Positions 27,227-39,120 of a DNA stretch of 64,000 bases are shown here, in pieces. How positions within the stretch are numbered: position 1 is the first letter of the stretch; each line of letters starts with the position of its first letter. The DNA comes from Sphagnum compactum (taxonomy: Eukaryota), in the NCBI GenBank assembly GCA_965153455.1, contig OZ234494.1, positions 3,968,001 to 4,032,000 on the forward strand, written 5' to 3'. The notes beneath the pieces are model-generated. The model was given only the letters and a program-made list of their open reading frames with translations. It did no database searches and was not told where the DNA came from. The position numbers and the translations under genes were made by a program.

Positions 27227-29708
27227 ATGACGATGCAGCTGAGCAGCTTCATCAAATGTTGTTGTTCTACTTCTGCTGCTGCTACTTATACTAGTGTGCT
27301 TCTGTTGGTGGTGGGTTGTTGTTTTACTGCAACTTTGCTGCCAGGCTCATCAGCAGCCGTTGCCACTAACACTAGTACTACTCCTGAGGTAATGATCAAT
27401 CTGCAATCTGGTCTCGAGATCATCAGGAAGATTTTGTAGTCTATCTGACTGAGCAGCAGCTCTCTGTCAAGGCAATGTGCCGGAGGAGCAGGTCCTAGTG
27501 TACTCCAGAGCCGGAGCCAGATCAAAGTTTGAACACTAATTGCAGGAGATTTTCTTTGTTCTCATCGGTGTCTTTCTGGAGATAATAACAATTTCTCGTG
27601 CATTTGTACAGTCTTGCTCCACACGTATAAATATCAAATTCCAAACACCGGTCAACAAGAAGAATCCACCAACCTTTTGAAGCTACATTTTTTCATGGTT
27701 TTGTAGGAGATCAGTGGTCCAAGTTCGAGTGTGGCCAGAACTGCAGCTGGGCAGCAGGTAGTGCTGGTGCACGGGATAGGAGGGGGAGCGTGGTTCTTCT
27801 TCGAGGTTGTGACACTCTTGAACGCAGCTGGATTCAGTGCCACTGCCGTCGACCTGAGCTCTAACGGCATCAGCAAAGTTGTAGCAGATGACATCACAAG
27901 TATCGAGCAGTATACCCAACCCCTTACGGACCTTCTTTCTACCATTGACGGCCAGGTGCGTGGGGACTCGAGACTCATACACAATTCCCTGTTACTTGCG
28001 TACCTTTTAGTCTATTCTTGGAGATAAAGTCAGAAAAATTTCCCACAAGGAAAGGAATCATCCAAGAGCTCTTTGTGTCGTAACATGTTTGCGCGAGAAG
28101 ATCAGTCTGTCCAGATCTAGACAACCTGCAGGCAGGCAGGCAAGTTGGTGGTGGTGGTGGTGGTGATGTATGTAACTGATGAGATCAGCTGCTGGTACGT
28201 GTGGGTTGATCTCGATCATATCTGGTGGAGCACCTCATCGGCTGGGTGGAGGAAATTTTGTGCTTGCAGGTCATCTTGTTGGGCCACAGTATGGGAGGAG
28301 GTAGCATCTCCTTTGCAATGGAGAGATTCGGACCGTCCAAAATCTCCAAAGCTGTGTTCTTGGCGGCCATCATGCCCACAAATGGACAGACGTTCTTCAC
28401 CTCTTTCCCTCCCACGGTACGTCCAGACAGCCAGCATCTAGTCCATCGATCGTCGCTTGTTCCCTGCCCTTCTCCTCAACCAGACCAAGGTTTTTGCCTG
28501 CATTAAGCATGAGTACTACAAGTACTATACCCAAGAAGAAGATTTGCAATGGAATTAGCAAGCATTCACGTGTTCTTAAAAACCTTAGATAATTTTTCCT
28601 TTGAATTTGTAAGTTCCAAGGAGAACTTTCGTCGGAGATAACGAGGCACACCTTACCAAGTATAACCTTAGTCGTAGACAACCAGCACACCTTACCAAGC
28701 ATAACTTTTGTCTTAAATAACGAGGCACACATTACTAAGCATAACTTGTCGTAAATAACGAGGCACACATTATTAAGCATAACCATAGTAGTAGACAACG
28801 AGGCATACTTTATCAAGCATAGCTTTTGTCGTAAATAACGAGGTACACATTACCAATCATAACCTTAATCATAGACAACGATGCACACCTTACCAAGCAT
28901 AACCTTAGTAGTAGACAACAAGACACACCTTACCAAGCATAAACTTAGTCGCAGACAACGAGGCACACCTTACCAAGCATAACCTGAGTCGTAGACAACA
29001 AGGGACACCTTACCAAGCATAACTTTTGTCATAGATAACGAGGTACACATTACCTAGCATTACCTTCTTGCACAATTTCACATTAGGTCAGCTTTTTATA
29101 AGCACGTATGTTTGAGCCTGGAAATTTGGGTGTTCTATCGTGGAGCCCTCTTGCAGTGCTTTCCCAGGCTACTAGGAGCCAAGGACTTGTTTCTATATCA
29201 TGCGAATGGCTCCCCGGGCCCTACTTCCATCCGAGCCAACAACTCTCATCTTGGCTTCTTTGCCTTCAACCAAAGCCCCCTTCAGGTACGTAATTGTAGC
29301 GTACTATTGCACTAGTCCTCTCTCTCGATTTATTCAATAAAGATCATATCATCATGAGCTCCGCGAGTTTTTTCTTCTTTTATAAAATTTTGATGATTTG
29401 TTTGTTTGTTTTGTTTTTGTTTTGGGCTTGTGGCGCAGTATACGACACTAGCGCAAACTCTCTTCACCCCAACGCCATACAGACCGGGTTTGGAGACTCT
29501 CAACTTGAGCACGGCGAGTTACGGCAGCATCAGGCGTTTCTACATCCGTACAGGGCAAGATCGCGCCATTCTGCAGTCGGAGCAAGAGGAGATCCTCAAG
29601 GCAAACCAACCTGAGCGCATCTTCGAATTGCACACAGCCGATCATATGGCGTTCTTCTCCGCCCCCATCCAACTCTTTGCCACCATCTCTTACATCTCCA
29701 CTCTTTAA
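27227..29708 (+). CDS. MES: Methylesterase (MES/SABP2/HNL-family alpha/beta hydrolase), 318 aa, N-terminal hydrophobic extension
   Basis: Exons 27227-27388, 27707-27955, 28270-28416, 29157-29285, 29439-29708, all GT-AG and phase 0. Motifs VLVHGIGGGAW, VILLGHSMGG (nucleophile Ser), TGQDRAI (Asp), ADHMAFFS (His). Exon 1 and the start codon are less certain than exons 2-5. Confidence 0.9.
28638..29065. repeat. Intronic minisatellite, ~40-bp unit x ~11
   Basis: Unit consensus ACAACGAGGCACACCTTACCAAGCATAACCTTAGTCGTAG, with copies at ~28638, 28678, 28717, 28755, 28795 ... 29035. Confidence 0.92.
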
Positions 29709-29929
29709 ATCTTAAAGCTCTCGTCAAGCTCCTCTGGCCTGGAAGCTGACAACTAAATTACCAAATTCCTCAACTGCAAAACGCCCCAAAACCAAACTTG
29801 TCCTGCAAAATTCTAATCTTTCTCTCTACACGATTCTTCAAAAACCTTTGCCAATCTCTGTCTCCCTCTCTCACTCCCTGTCTCTGTGTGTCTCTTTCTC
29901 TCCGTGTGTCCTTTTTTTCTTTTGGCAAT

Positions 29930-30615
29930 GCAGCAATTTGGGTAACTTAGTGATCCTTTCTTTTAAACCCCCAAATTTCAGACTGCTGCTGCTTTGTGAA
30001 GGGGATTTGATGGTTTTTTTGGAAGGGGGCGGGGGCTGTTTTGGAAAGCTGCAATTTGGGTAAATTAGTGATCATTTTCTTTCAAAAGCCCAATTTCCTG
30101 CTAATTTGATGGATGAGCTGCTGCTGCTTTGTCAAGGGGTATTGAATCTTGATGATGGGTGGTGATTTTCTTTTCCCCAGCAACTTCTCCACATTTGGGC
30201 TGGGTTTAACGATCCTTTGTTTAGTCAACCCCAATTAAGACTTGATGGGCTCCCGCTTTGCCAAGGGGTTTTGCATCTTGAGGGGTGGGAAAAAAATTCT
30301 TTTTTCTTTTACCTTTATTTGCAATGCGGCACTTTGGGTTGAGTGATCATTCCTTTCCAAAAACCCTTGCAAATTCAGACTTGAACTGTTGCTGTCGTTA
30401 ACGGCTTTGAATCTTGATGGTGATCTTTTATTTTTCCTTTCAAGGCCGCCATTTGGGTTTAGTGATCATTTCTTTCAAAACCCCAAAACTCAGACTTGAT
30501 GCTTGGTCAAGGGGTTTTGAAGCTTGATGGTGAATTTTTTGTTTTTATTTTCCTCACTGCCACATTGAGGTTGAACTATCCTTATTTCTTTGAAAACCTA
30601 AATTCAGACTTTACA
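29930..30615. repeat. Degenerate tandem repeat, ~115-140-bp unit x ~6, downstream of MES
   Basis: Recurrent atttgggt..tagtgatcatttctttcaaaaccccaaattcagacttgatg..ctgctttgtcaaggggtttgaatcttgatggtga, anchored at ~29937, 30054, 30194, 30333, 30451, 30564. Confidence 0.75.
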
Positions 30616-30854
30616 TCAATTCACACATCGTGAATCACATGATTCGAATTAGAATTGACAGATCGTCTAGAATCACTCAACATTGATATGTTTTTGGTTT
30701 GCAATTTTCTCTGTAATAAGTTTGATTTATTGAAGGACCCGGAGGTTCATCATCATCAATTGGATTGCATGGGCTTGGCAAGTGAACGCATAAATTTCTG
30801 AAATTCTGAAAGAAGTGAGAAGCCACACATCCTTACATCAATATACAACATCCA

Positions 30855-31290
30855 TCTATGAAGCAAGGTAGTTTGTTTTGTTTTGTTTTGTTTCTACTTA
30901 TGAGATCCACGCAACAGGGAGGCTTCAGATAGCGTTCTTGGCCTCTCTGGAAAGCTCTCGACGAGGAGGGGTGCATGGGCTTGGTCCATGACGTTTAGAC
31001 TTGCGGTGCAAAAGTTCTTGAATATTGAATGATTTCTTCACTGAAAATTAAATTAAATTGTAGCTGAAAATTTAGGAGGAACGTGCCTTTGGTGTCGTTG
31101 GAAAGATCTTAATGAGCAGGATTTACTGGAATTTATTTGGTAAGATTTGGATTCAGATGGTGGAAGATATTGATTTTTTAATGATTTCTGTAGCTGAAAA
31201 TTCAAATAAATTCCACAAAACGAGGTTCTTGAAGGAAAAATCAGTTGAGGACGTGGTAACACTTGGGCCAACAGGCACAGGCCACACTAG
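30855..31290 (+). mobile_element. Non-autonomous Helitron-like element
   Basis: Starts TC after an A. Ends in a GC-rich hairpin-like GGGCCAACAGGCACAGGCC followed by CTAG. A related copy lies in the opposite orientation at 56391-56815. The base after CTAG is A rather than the canonical T. Confidence 0.62.
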
Positions 31291-31590
31291 AACGTTTTAC
31301 ATTGAAACTGCGGGTTTCAGTTTGCTTGAGTGTACAATTATTTATATGGTATTGAGTGCATTTTGTATTACAAAAGCTTATGTTAGAGATTGATTTTATA
31401 GTAGAACTCTTGTGAATAGTAGTATTTAGTGCTCAATTATTAGTATGAGCATATTTGAAAACTGAGGTGGGGGGGCGGTGCATCACAAAATACACAGTTC
31501 TGACATGTATTAAGGAGGCCTTGTCCCTGAGCTAAGCGGATAACACAAAGACTGAGCTTATAATTATAAAATTTATAGTTGACGAAATAA

Positions 31591-32075
31591 AATAAGTACC
31601 CCGAGTTTATAATGGGGGTATTAGCCCAGGCCAAAAATGGTGACGAACAGTTTTGGAAATAGAAATTTCATGCAGCCACTGGGAAGGCTCACCATGCACT
31701 CAAAGAGCCTTGATTTTTTTTCTTCTAAGTTTTGGTTGGGGGGGTTTGAGGGTTTTTTTTCATTTTTCCTTTGTTCCCAACACGTTCCCATCAAGTTCTC
31801 AATGGATTCCCAACAGGTTCTCAGTATATTCCATAGGTTCCCAATAGTAGCTCGCTTTAATCCCATATGTTTTGCACAAAGTCCTCTTCTTCTCACCTAT
31901 ATAGGTGGGCCAAAGTGGGAGGCACTCCATCTTTCAATAGAATCTTCTATTAAGGGGAGCCTTCATAGTTTCAAATTTTTTTTTGTGATGAGCCAATCAA
32001 ATTGGCTCATTGCTAAAAAAAAGTTGGACTTGTGAGGCACTGCCAACTAATTAATATGAAACAGAATAAGTACCC
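31591..32075. repeat. Unclassified ~475-bp repeat unit bounded by direct repeat AATAAGTACCC
   Basis: AATAAGTACCC at 31591-31601 and 32065-32075, with internal gttccc(a) sub-repeats. Confidence 0.5.
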
Positions 32076-32457
32076 AATAGGTGGGGATTGGGGTGGACGA
32101 TGACTACTGATAGGAGGTTAGCTGGACTATTGTGGCCTTGGGTAAACAAGTCAGGTGTCTCCAAACCGAGAATGGTAAGTTCAAGTCATTAATTTGAGGG
32201 TAGCAAGTAGCAAGACAACCATTGAAGACTCAATCCACAAAACCCTATGCACAATTTAAGCGTCACAAAAAGCGATGCAATTTATTAAAATGAAATGTTT
32301 TGAAACTCATGTACATGGTGCCCATGGAAAGGCAATCTGGAGCGGGGATAGTCACTGGCACCTAGCGCTAAAGGGTTGGCTACACGGGCAACAGGCAGTG
32401 GATCGGTCAGAAGTCGACCCACGAACCTGGGTCAGGCACTAATCGTCCAACCCCTCT

Positions 32458-33077
32458 CTCCAAATCCTTTCAAGCCATTTGTCTTGACATTGGTCAAGTG
32501 GCCATCTGCTCACATGCCAATAGGCTGCTAAAATTTGCACACGATTTGAAAAGTGAGTACTGTATTCTCCTGTAACACAGGTACCTAGGTGTGGAGATTG
32601 AGAGAGTATTGAGCTCAAGGGTGATTGTATAAGGATATTCACAAACTTAAATAGTACCCTTTAAGAAGGACTACTTTTGTGACATTTTTGGACTCGTGGT
32701 GACCGGTACCAACTTTTAAAGCAGCGTAGAGGACAATCGACATGTTGACCGCCACCGATTGCACATCCCTTCGCTCTCCAGATCCTTTGAAACCATTTGC
32801 TTTGACATTGGTGTTGGGCAGATGGTCACACAGTAGTAGGCTGCTAAAATTCGCACATGATTTGAATTCGTAAGTATTGTATTTTATTATAACACACATA
32901 CCTAGGTGTGGAGAATGAATGTATGAAGCTCAAGGGTGATTGTGTCAAGGATATTGACCAACTTGAATTATTAGTGCCCTTGACAAAAGATTACTTCGTG
33001 ACATTCTTGGACTCCCAATGACCAGTACCAACTTTTAAAGCAATGGAGAGGACAGTCAACATGTTGCTACCACCGAT
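32458..33077. repeat. Tandem duplication, two ~318-bp copies
   Basis: ctccaaatcctttcaagccatttgtcttgacattgg...gttgaccgccaccgatt (32458-32760) repeated as ctccagatcctttgaaaccatttgctttgacattgg...gttgctaccaccgatt (32776-33077). Confidence 0.85.
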
Positions 33078-33346
33078 TGTGATGAGCAATGGTGTTCATG
33101 TAGAAGCAAAAACTTGAATAGATATGAGATACTGACAAGGCTCTGATGCAGAAATGAAAGCAAGGATGAAATGCTTGTGGCCCATAGTGCACTACCATTG
33201 GATACCATCTGCAACAATTTTGTTGGCTTTCATGAAAGGAATTTTTGCTAGACTGTAAAAGGTTATAGGTGGATTGGGCTAGCCATGAAATTCTAACTAG
33301 CAAACTACAAAGTGATCATGCTCGTATAGAAGGTGTTTTGCCCTCT

Positions 33347-36300
33347 CACTAGAAGGCATTGTAATTGTTTTTATCAATGTCAACAATGTTGAAGAAAGGT
33401 GAATGCATGTAGTTTATCAAGAGGACATAGAGATCCATAGTAACATTACTAGTTTTGAAACAGAGGTGACATGCATGTGAGGGCTCAAAGAATTATGATG
33501 CACAATATGTGTTCAAGTCCATTTTATGTTTCACTATATTTTGAGTGAAATCGAAAAACTTTACCATGGTGAAAGTAGCCAATCCTTTAGTGAATAGGGT
33601 TGAGTTGCTACAATTAAGTGAATTCATTAATAGTTCATCAATTCACTAATAATTAATTGATTTCACTAATAGTTAATCAAATTTATTAATAGTTAATTAA
33701 ATTCATTAATACCTAATTGAATTCATCAATAATTATCAAATTCATTAATAGTTAATTAGAAACTTAAGTCAAGCAATTAGGAACATTCCCTATGCTACTT
33801 ATCTTAAGCTAGAAACCTAACTTACCTAAACACTTAGCCCACCAACTTAAGGTGCAACCATGAAGGTTTAAACCTTTCACCTTTTTTCACCTTCATATTT
33901 AAGTAACAAGTTTTTAACCATTGAAGCATTATTTAAATGAATGATTTTTTTTTAATCACATATTATTATGCAAATTTTTTTACCCTCGGTTATTATAAAC
34001 TATTCTTGGCATATTTTACCATAGGTTATTCTTGCATATGTTAGGCTATTATATCATAGGCCATTGTTGGTTATTTTAAATTATTTAATCACAAGTTATT
34101 CTTGATTATTCTATTATATGTTATTGTTGATTATTTTAGGTTATTTTACCATAGGTTATTATTGAATATTCTATAATAAATTATTTTTGACTATTCTATC
34201 GTAGGTTATTATTAGTTATTTTATTGTAAGTTATTATTGGTTATTCTAGATTATTTTATAGTAAGTTATTCTTGGATTTTTTATAATAATTTATTCTTGG
34301 CTATTTTATCGTATTTGTTATTATTGGTTATTTTATAATAAGTTATTTTTAGCTATTTTATCGTATTTATTATTATTGTTATTCTATTTTAGGTTATTCT
34401 TGGTTATTTTATAATAAGTTATTTTTAGTTATTTTATCATATGTGTTATTATTGGTATTTTATTGTAGGTTATTCTTGGTTATTTTGTAATAAATTATTT
34501 TAAACTATTTTATTGTATTTGTTATTATTGGTATTCTATTGTAGGTTATTCTTGGTTTTTTTATAATAAGTTATTTTTAGCTATTTTATTGTATTTGTTA
34601 TTATTGGTTATTCTATTGTAGGCTATTATTGGTTGTTTTAACTATTCTAGTGTAAATTATACTTGGCTATATTAAACTATTAACCATAAGTTATTATTGG
34701 TTATTGTAACTTAATTTATCACAAACTATTTTTTGTTATTTTAGGTTATCATACCATATTAAGTTATTCTTGGTTATTTTAAATTATTTTATCACAAGTT
34801 AATCTAGGTTATATTATCATAGGTTATTATTGATTATTGTACCTTTGATTATTTTAGGTTATTATTGGTTATTTTATTGCAATTTTTATTGGCTATTTTA
34901 AACTATTATAAGTTATTCTACAGGCTAAGTTATTTTTGGCATAACAACAATAAAAATTGAAGAAAATCACAACTATTTCAATTTTTTTACATGAAAATTT
35001 CTTTTACTATGAAATTTTCAATGCATTTTATTTGTAAATTCCTCGTTTGATAGTGGCTTCTTTGTTTTTTCTTATTTTGACACTATTATTACATTTTTCC
35101 AAATCCACATTTTTCATTCTTTTGCATGACAAATGCAATGTCATTATTTCAAAAGTCCAGATTATGAATCCATTATTTTATTAAAATTCATAATTTTCAC
35201 TATAAAGAATTTGCATTAACAACTGTTTTTTCAACTATTTTTTAGTTATAAATGCCACATGTGACTATAATTTGCTCTAGTCACCTTAGATAAGTTGCAT
35301 AAAATTTCGATTGCAAAAAACAATATGTGGCACCAAATCACAGTGGTAATCACAAAAAGATGCAACTTACATGAATGTTTCATCCATCCAAATTAACTTA
35401 CATGGCATTGTTATTTTGCGACTGTTTTTACGACTAAACAATGTAGTTACATTATTTATATAAATATTGTTTAAATATTTTTTATTTGAATATTAAAAAT
35501 AAAATTATTATTTCTATATTTATATGTATTATATTATTGATAATTTCATTAATTTCAACTTATAACTTGTTGACACATGTCATTATTTAGGTTAGGCTAA
35601 AAGCCTAGTTTAGGTTATTAGTTAGGCTGCCTAGTTTACCTAGTAGGTTATGTAAGTAAGGAATATTCAGTCAATTTACCACCATTGACCACAACCGTGT
35701 CGTTTGTGAAAACTGATCCTTGAACCTGAAGGATGGAGATTAATCCCTTTACCACCAAGCCACCCATTTTTTATGACAATATAATAATGTGCATTATATT
35801 TACATTACTTGATTTAAAACATTGCACAAATTTTCTTTTTTTATATTTGGTTTTTAATTGATATTTTGTCCAAATGACAAGATTTAAAATTCAATCTTAA
35901 TTCTTTTTCAATAATGTACACAACTTTTTTGTTTTTCTTTCAAAAATGTAAACTAAAGTGAAAAGAAAAATACTTGAATTTCGTTATTGAATACCATTTC
36001 AATGACTATTCCTTGGAGAAAATTAATTCAAGCACATGATCATTTATAAATGGAAAAACTTTTTGTGGATAATATAATAACAAATAAAATTGTATATTTT
36101 GTATCTTAAACCTTCATTTGATTCTAAAAATTATATTATACATATTTGCTTTTGAATATCATAATTTTAACAATAGAATTTAATTTAGATGTGTCATATA
36201 TAATTTATTGAAATATAATATTTATAAATGGTTATAAATATTATAAAAGATTTTATATTAACCATATAATTTCTGATGTAAAATGTTAATCTAAAAATTT

Positions 36301-37218
36301 GATTATAATTTGAAAATATTAATTAATGCCATATGATTAATTTATTTTATGGAACTATAAATTTTATTACTTTTACACTTATAATATATTTAATTTTACT
36401 TAAAATTATGATATAAAAATTATATATTATAATTGTACCAACATAAATTAATTTGATTATATGATATATAACTTAGTCACATATAATGTTTATAAATGGA
36501 TCATAAATTAACTTTACTACCTATTACTTAACCCACGTACATACTTCCTACTATATATCCTACTTAATTATTAACTATTATCTAGCTTAACTTATAAATA
36601 GATTAATTGCATAGCCTACTTAATTAATTAACTAATTAAACAACATTATGATATATCAACATGATATTTTTTAATGTTGGAAATTCCAAATAATGGTCCA
36701 TATCTACCATGGCCATGGGTCCTCTAAAATTTCACAAACCTACCAAAATCTACTACACATTTAATGTTTAGTTCATTCAAGAAAGCTAAGGAACAAAATT
36801 AGACCACTACATCCAACAATTTCATTGGCCAACTCATTTTTATTACATTTAATTACATATACATTTGTAATTAGGATTTATAGTGGCAATTGAAGTTGAT
36901 AAAATGCCACGTGGTGTTTAATGGCCTATGAACCACATCCCAAGTCACAAAAACAATTACATTTTCATCTCTTTTGACATGTCATTAAAAGTAAATGACA
37001 TAAGTCCATTTTTCATTTTCACTTTCATCCAAACTAACATTAGCTGCAAGTCATAGCTGCACATGCAACTACGAACCACTTCTTTGTTATTTTTATGATT
37101 AGACAGTTGTTTTCACCATGGTGCCATGAAGGATAATCGCATCAATAATTGAAAAAATGGTTGATTTGGACACAAGTCGCAAATGTGTGGGTTGGAATGT
37201 ACAAAATTCCTTGTAGTG
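33347..37218. mobile_element. Possible non-autonomous CACTA-like element, AT-rich
   Basis: CACTAGAAGGCATT ... AATTCCTTGTAGTG (12/14 inverted match). Flanks TCT/TTT are an imperfect 3-bp TSD. The interior resembles the 50105-52071 element (gttgca/ccacgtg motifs). Confidence 0.4.
33960..34930. repeat. AT-rich low-complexity array (GGTTATTATT/GGTTATTCTT/GCTATTTTA sub-repeats)
   Basis: Dozens of degenerate ~10-12-bp units with a higher-order ~75-bp period around 34260-34630. Confidence 0.8.
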
Positions 37219-37519
37219 TTTTAATATGATTCCAATTAAATTCTATTACAACATGAATATACTAAAAATTGGCAATGTTAATGTTGAATACAACTTTACA
37301 TTTTAAGTTCATTTGCAATCTTGAAAAACTACAATTGTGATAGTTCAAACTATCCACCTTTTTTTTTTCGCCCCAACAATCCTGCAACAAGGTAATACAG
37401 ATACTTACCATGGTCAACATGACCATGGAATTCCATGTCCTTCCTACCCTTGTAAAAGCCATCACAATTACTACCACATTTGACCTTTGAACGTCTTGAA
37501 AAAGATTTGACAAATTTGC

Positions 37520-39120
37520 TTTGGTGGTCAATTACATAACAAAAAGTCAATTCCTTGTCACACTACTATAGGGATCTTTGATATGCATGAAACATTAAAG
37601 CTACCATGGTTTCCAATTCAAAGATCGACTCAACCAATTTGACTTGTGTGACAAGGTTATTCCTATATCACAAATAAAGGTGCCAATTTGAACACTTTCA
37701 CACATGCCCTAACAAACATTGTGTCATGTGTTCCATTAATGTTATTGCAATTGTATGCTGGCAATTGTTATGCACATGTTATGTCCAAATGTTGTTAGTA
37801 TGTTCCTAACAATTTAAAAGTTTGTGGTTCCTTGAAAGAGGTGTGTGAATAAAGATGAGCAAATGTTGGTACAAAAAATTATTACATGGATAAAAAAAAG
37901 TGGAAAGGAAAAGCAAGAATGGGTAAAAGCTTGCAAAGATGCATCTTTTCACCCTCGGATGTTAACTTGACACCTATGAAGATTAGACTTACCTCTAAAG
38001 TCTTTTTTTTTAAAAAAAAACTTTGAAGTTTAAATATGTCATTATTAATTTGAGTTATTTGATGTAGACATTTGCCTTGTAAAATAGAATTCCTAGCTCA
38101 TAAACTTGAGCTATGGCAAAGAAAATCAATGAAGTGCTTATTTAGGTGATCACACAAGGTGTATTAACCAATTTCGAAAGTAGTGGTTGTTGTTTGATGC
38201 AATTGTTGCCACCATCATTGTGTGTTGTATGATGGAAAACAACAATTTTGAAATCACTATTTAAATGCAAGTATGTGGCTTACTATTTTGTGAATTTTGT
38301 GGTGATGCTTTCATTAAGTGAATAGAGTTTGTTGTCCAACAATTTGCAAATTGTTTTTGCTTGTAAGTTGGGGACATTCATTTTGAATTGCATCATTAAA
38401 CGGACCTTATGAAATTTGAGGTGATAAATGTGTTGAAGCCATTTATGGATTTTACACCTTCATTGTAACCTTACAATTAATGCACATATCATGTTGGTCC
38501 TTATGTTGGACCCTTGTTTCAAAAATTTGCAATTCATTAGGGACTATGTGGCCTTGAAATGGTAATGCAAATTACAGCAAAATATGGCTGTGTGGATTTC
38601 GGATGACTATGTTGCTAACTATCTATAATAGATTGACACCAACCCCTCTCAATGTTGAACCTCTAAATCTTGTTTTGCCTAAGTTGTGTGTTTTTGGTTT
38701 TTAGTTTCAACAAAGGAAGCTAGCATGGGCCTATTTTGAGTTGAATTGTTGTTTTACAAACAAACTACAATGACAAATGAAATTTTCAATCTTTTGAATT
38801 GGTGGGTAAAACATAAACAATAGTTCCTAAATATTTGTTTTTTTGCATGGTAAGTTATGGTCATCGTGGGTTCATAGATTGAAACTATATAGATTTTAAT
38901 GTGGCCAAGATTATGACAAGATTGAAGCATTGTCATCTTGGCATTGAAAATTTGGACAAACTAATCTTCATCATGAAAATTTAGTTAGATGGCCTTAGAT
39001 CAAAGTGCACAACCAATTTATGGGTCAAGTCAATGAAGGAATGCTTATGTGTTAAAGACTCTTTGCTTGAAGAGAACAAAAAACCAATTATAGATTTTGG
39101 TTTATTTGAAAAGGATTGAT
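37520..39120 (+). pseudogene. hAT-superfamily transposase relic (same family as 13880-16030)
   Basis: Readable fragments HVMSKCC, ITWIKK..GK.KQEWVKACKDA, HIMLVLMLDPCFK, NLLNWWVKHKQ, HCHLGIENLDKLIFIMK across frameshifts. Confidence 0.72.

Noticed and set aside
28638..29065. CRISPR-like regular 40-bp periodicity
   Set aside because: Units are contiguous with no unique spacers, there are no cas genes, and it lies in a eukaryotic intron. It is a minisatellite.
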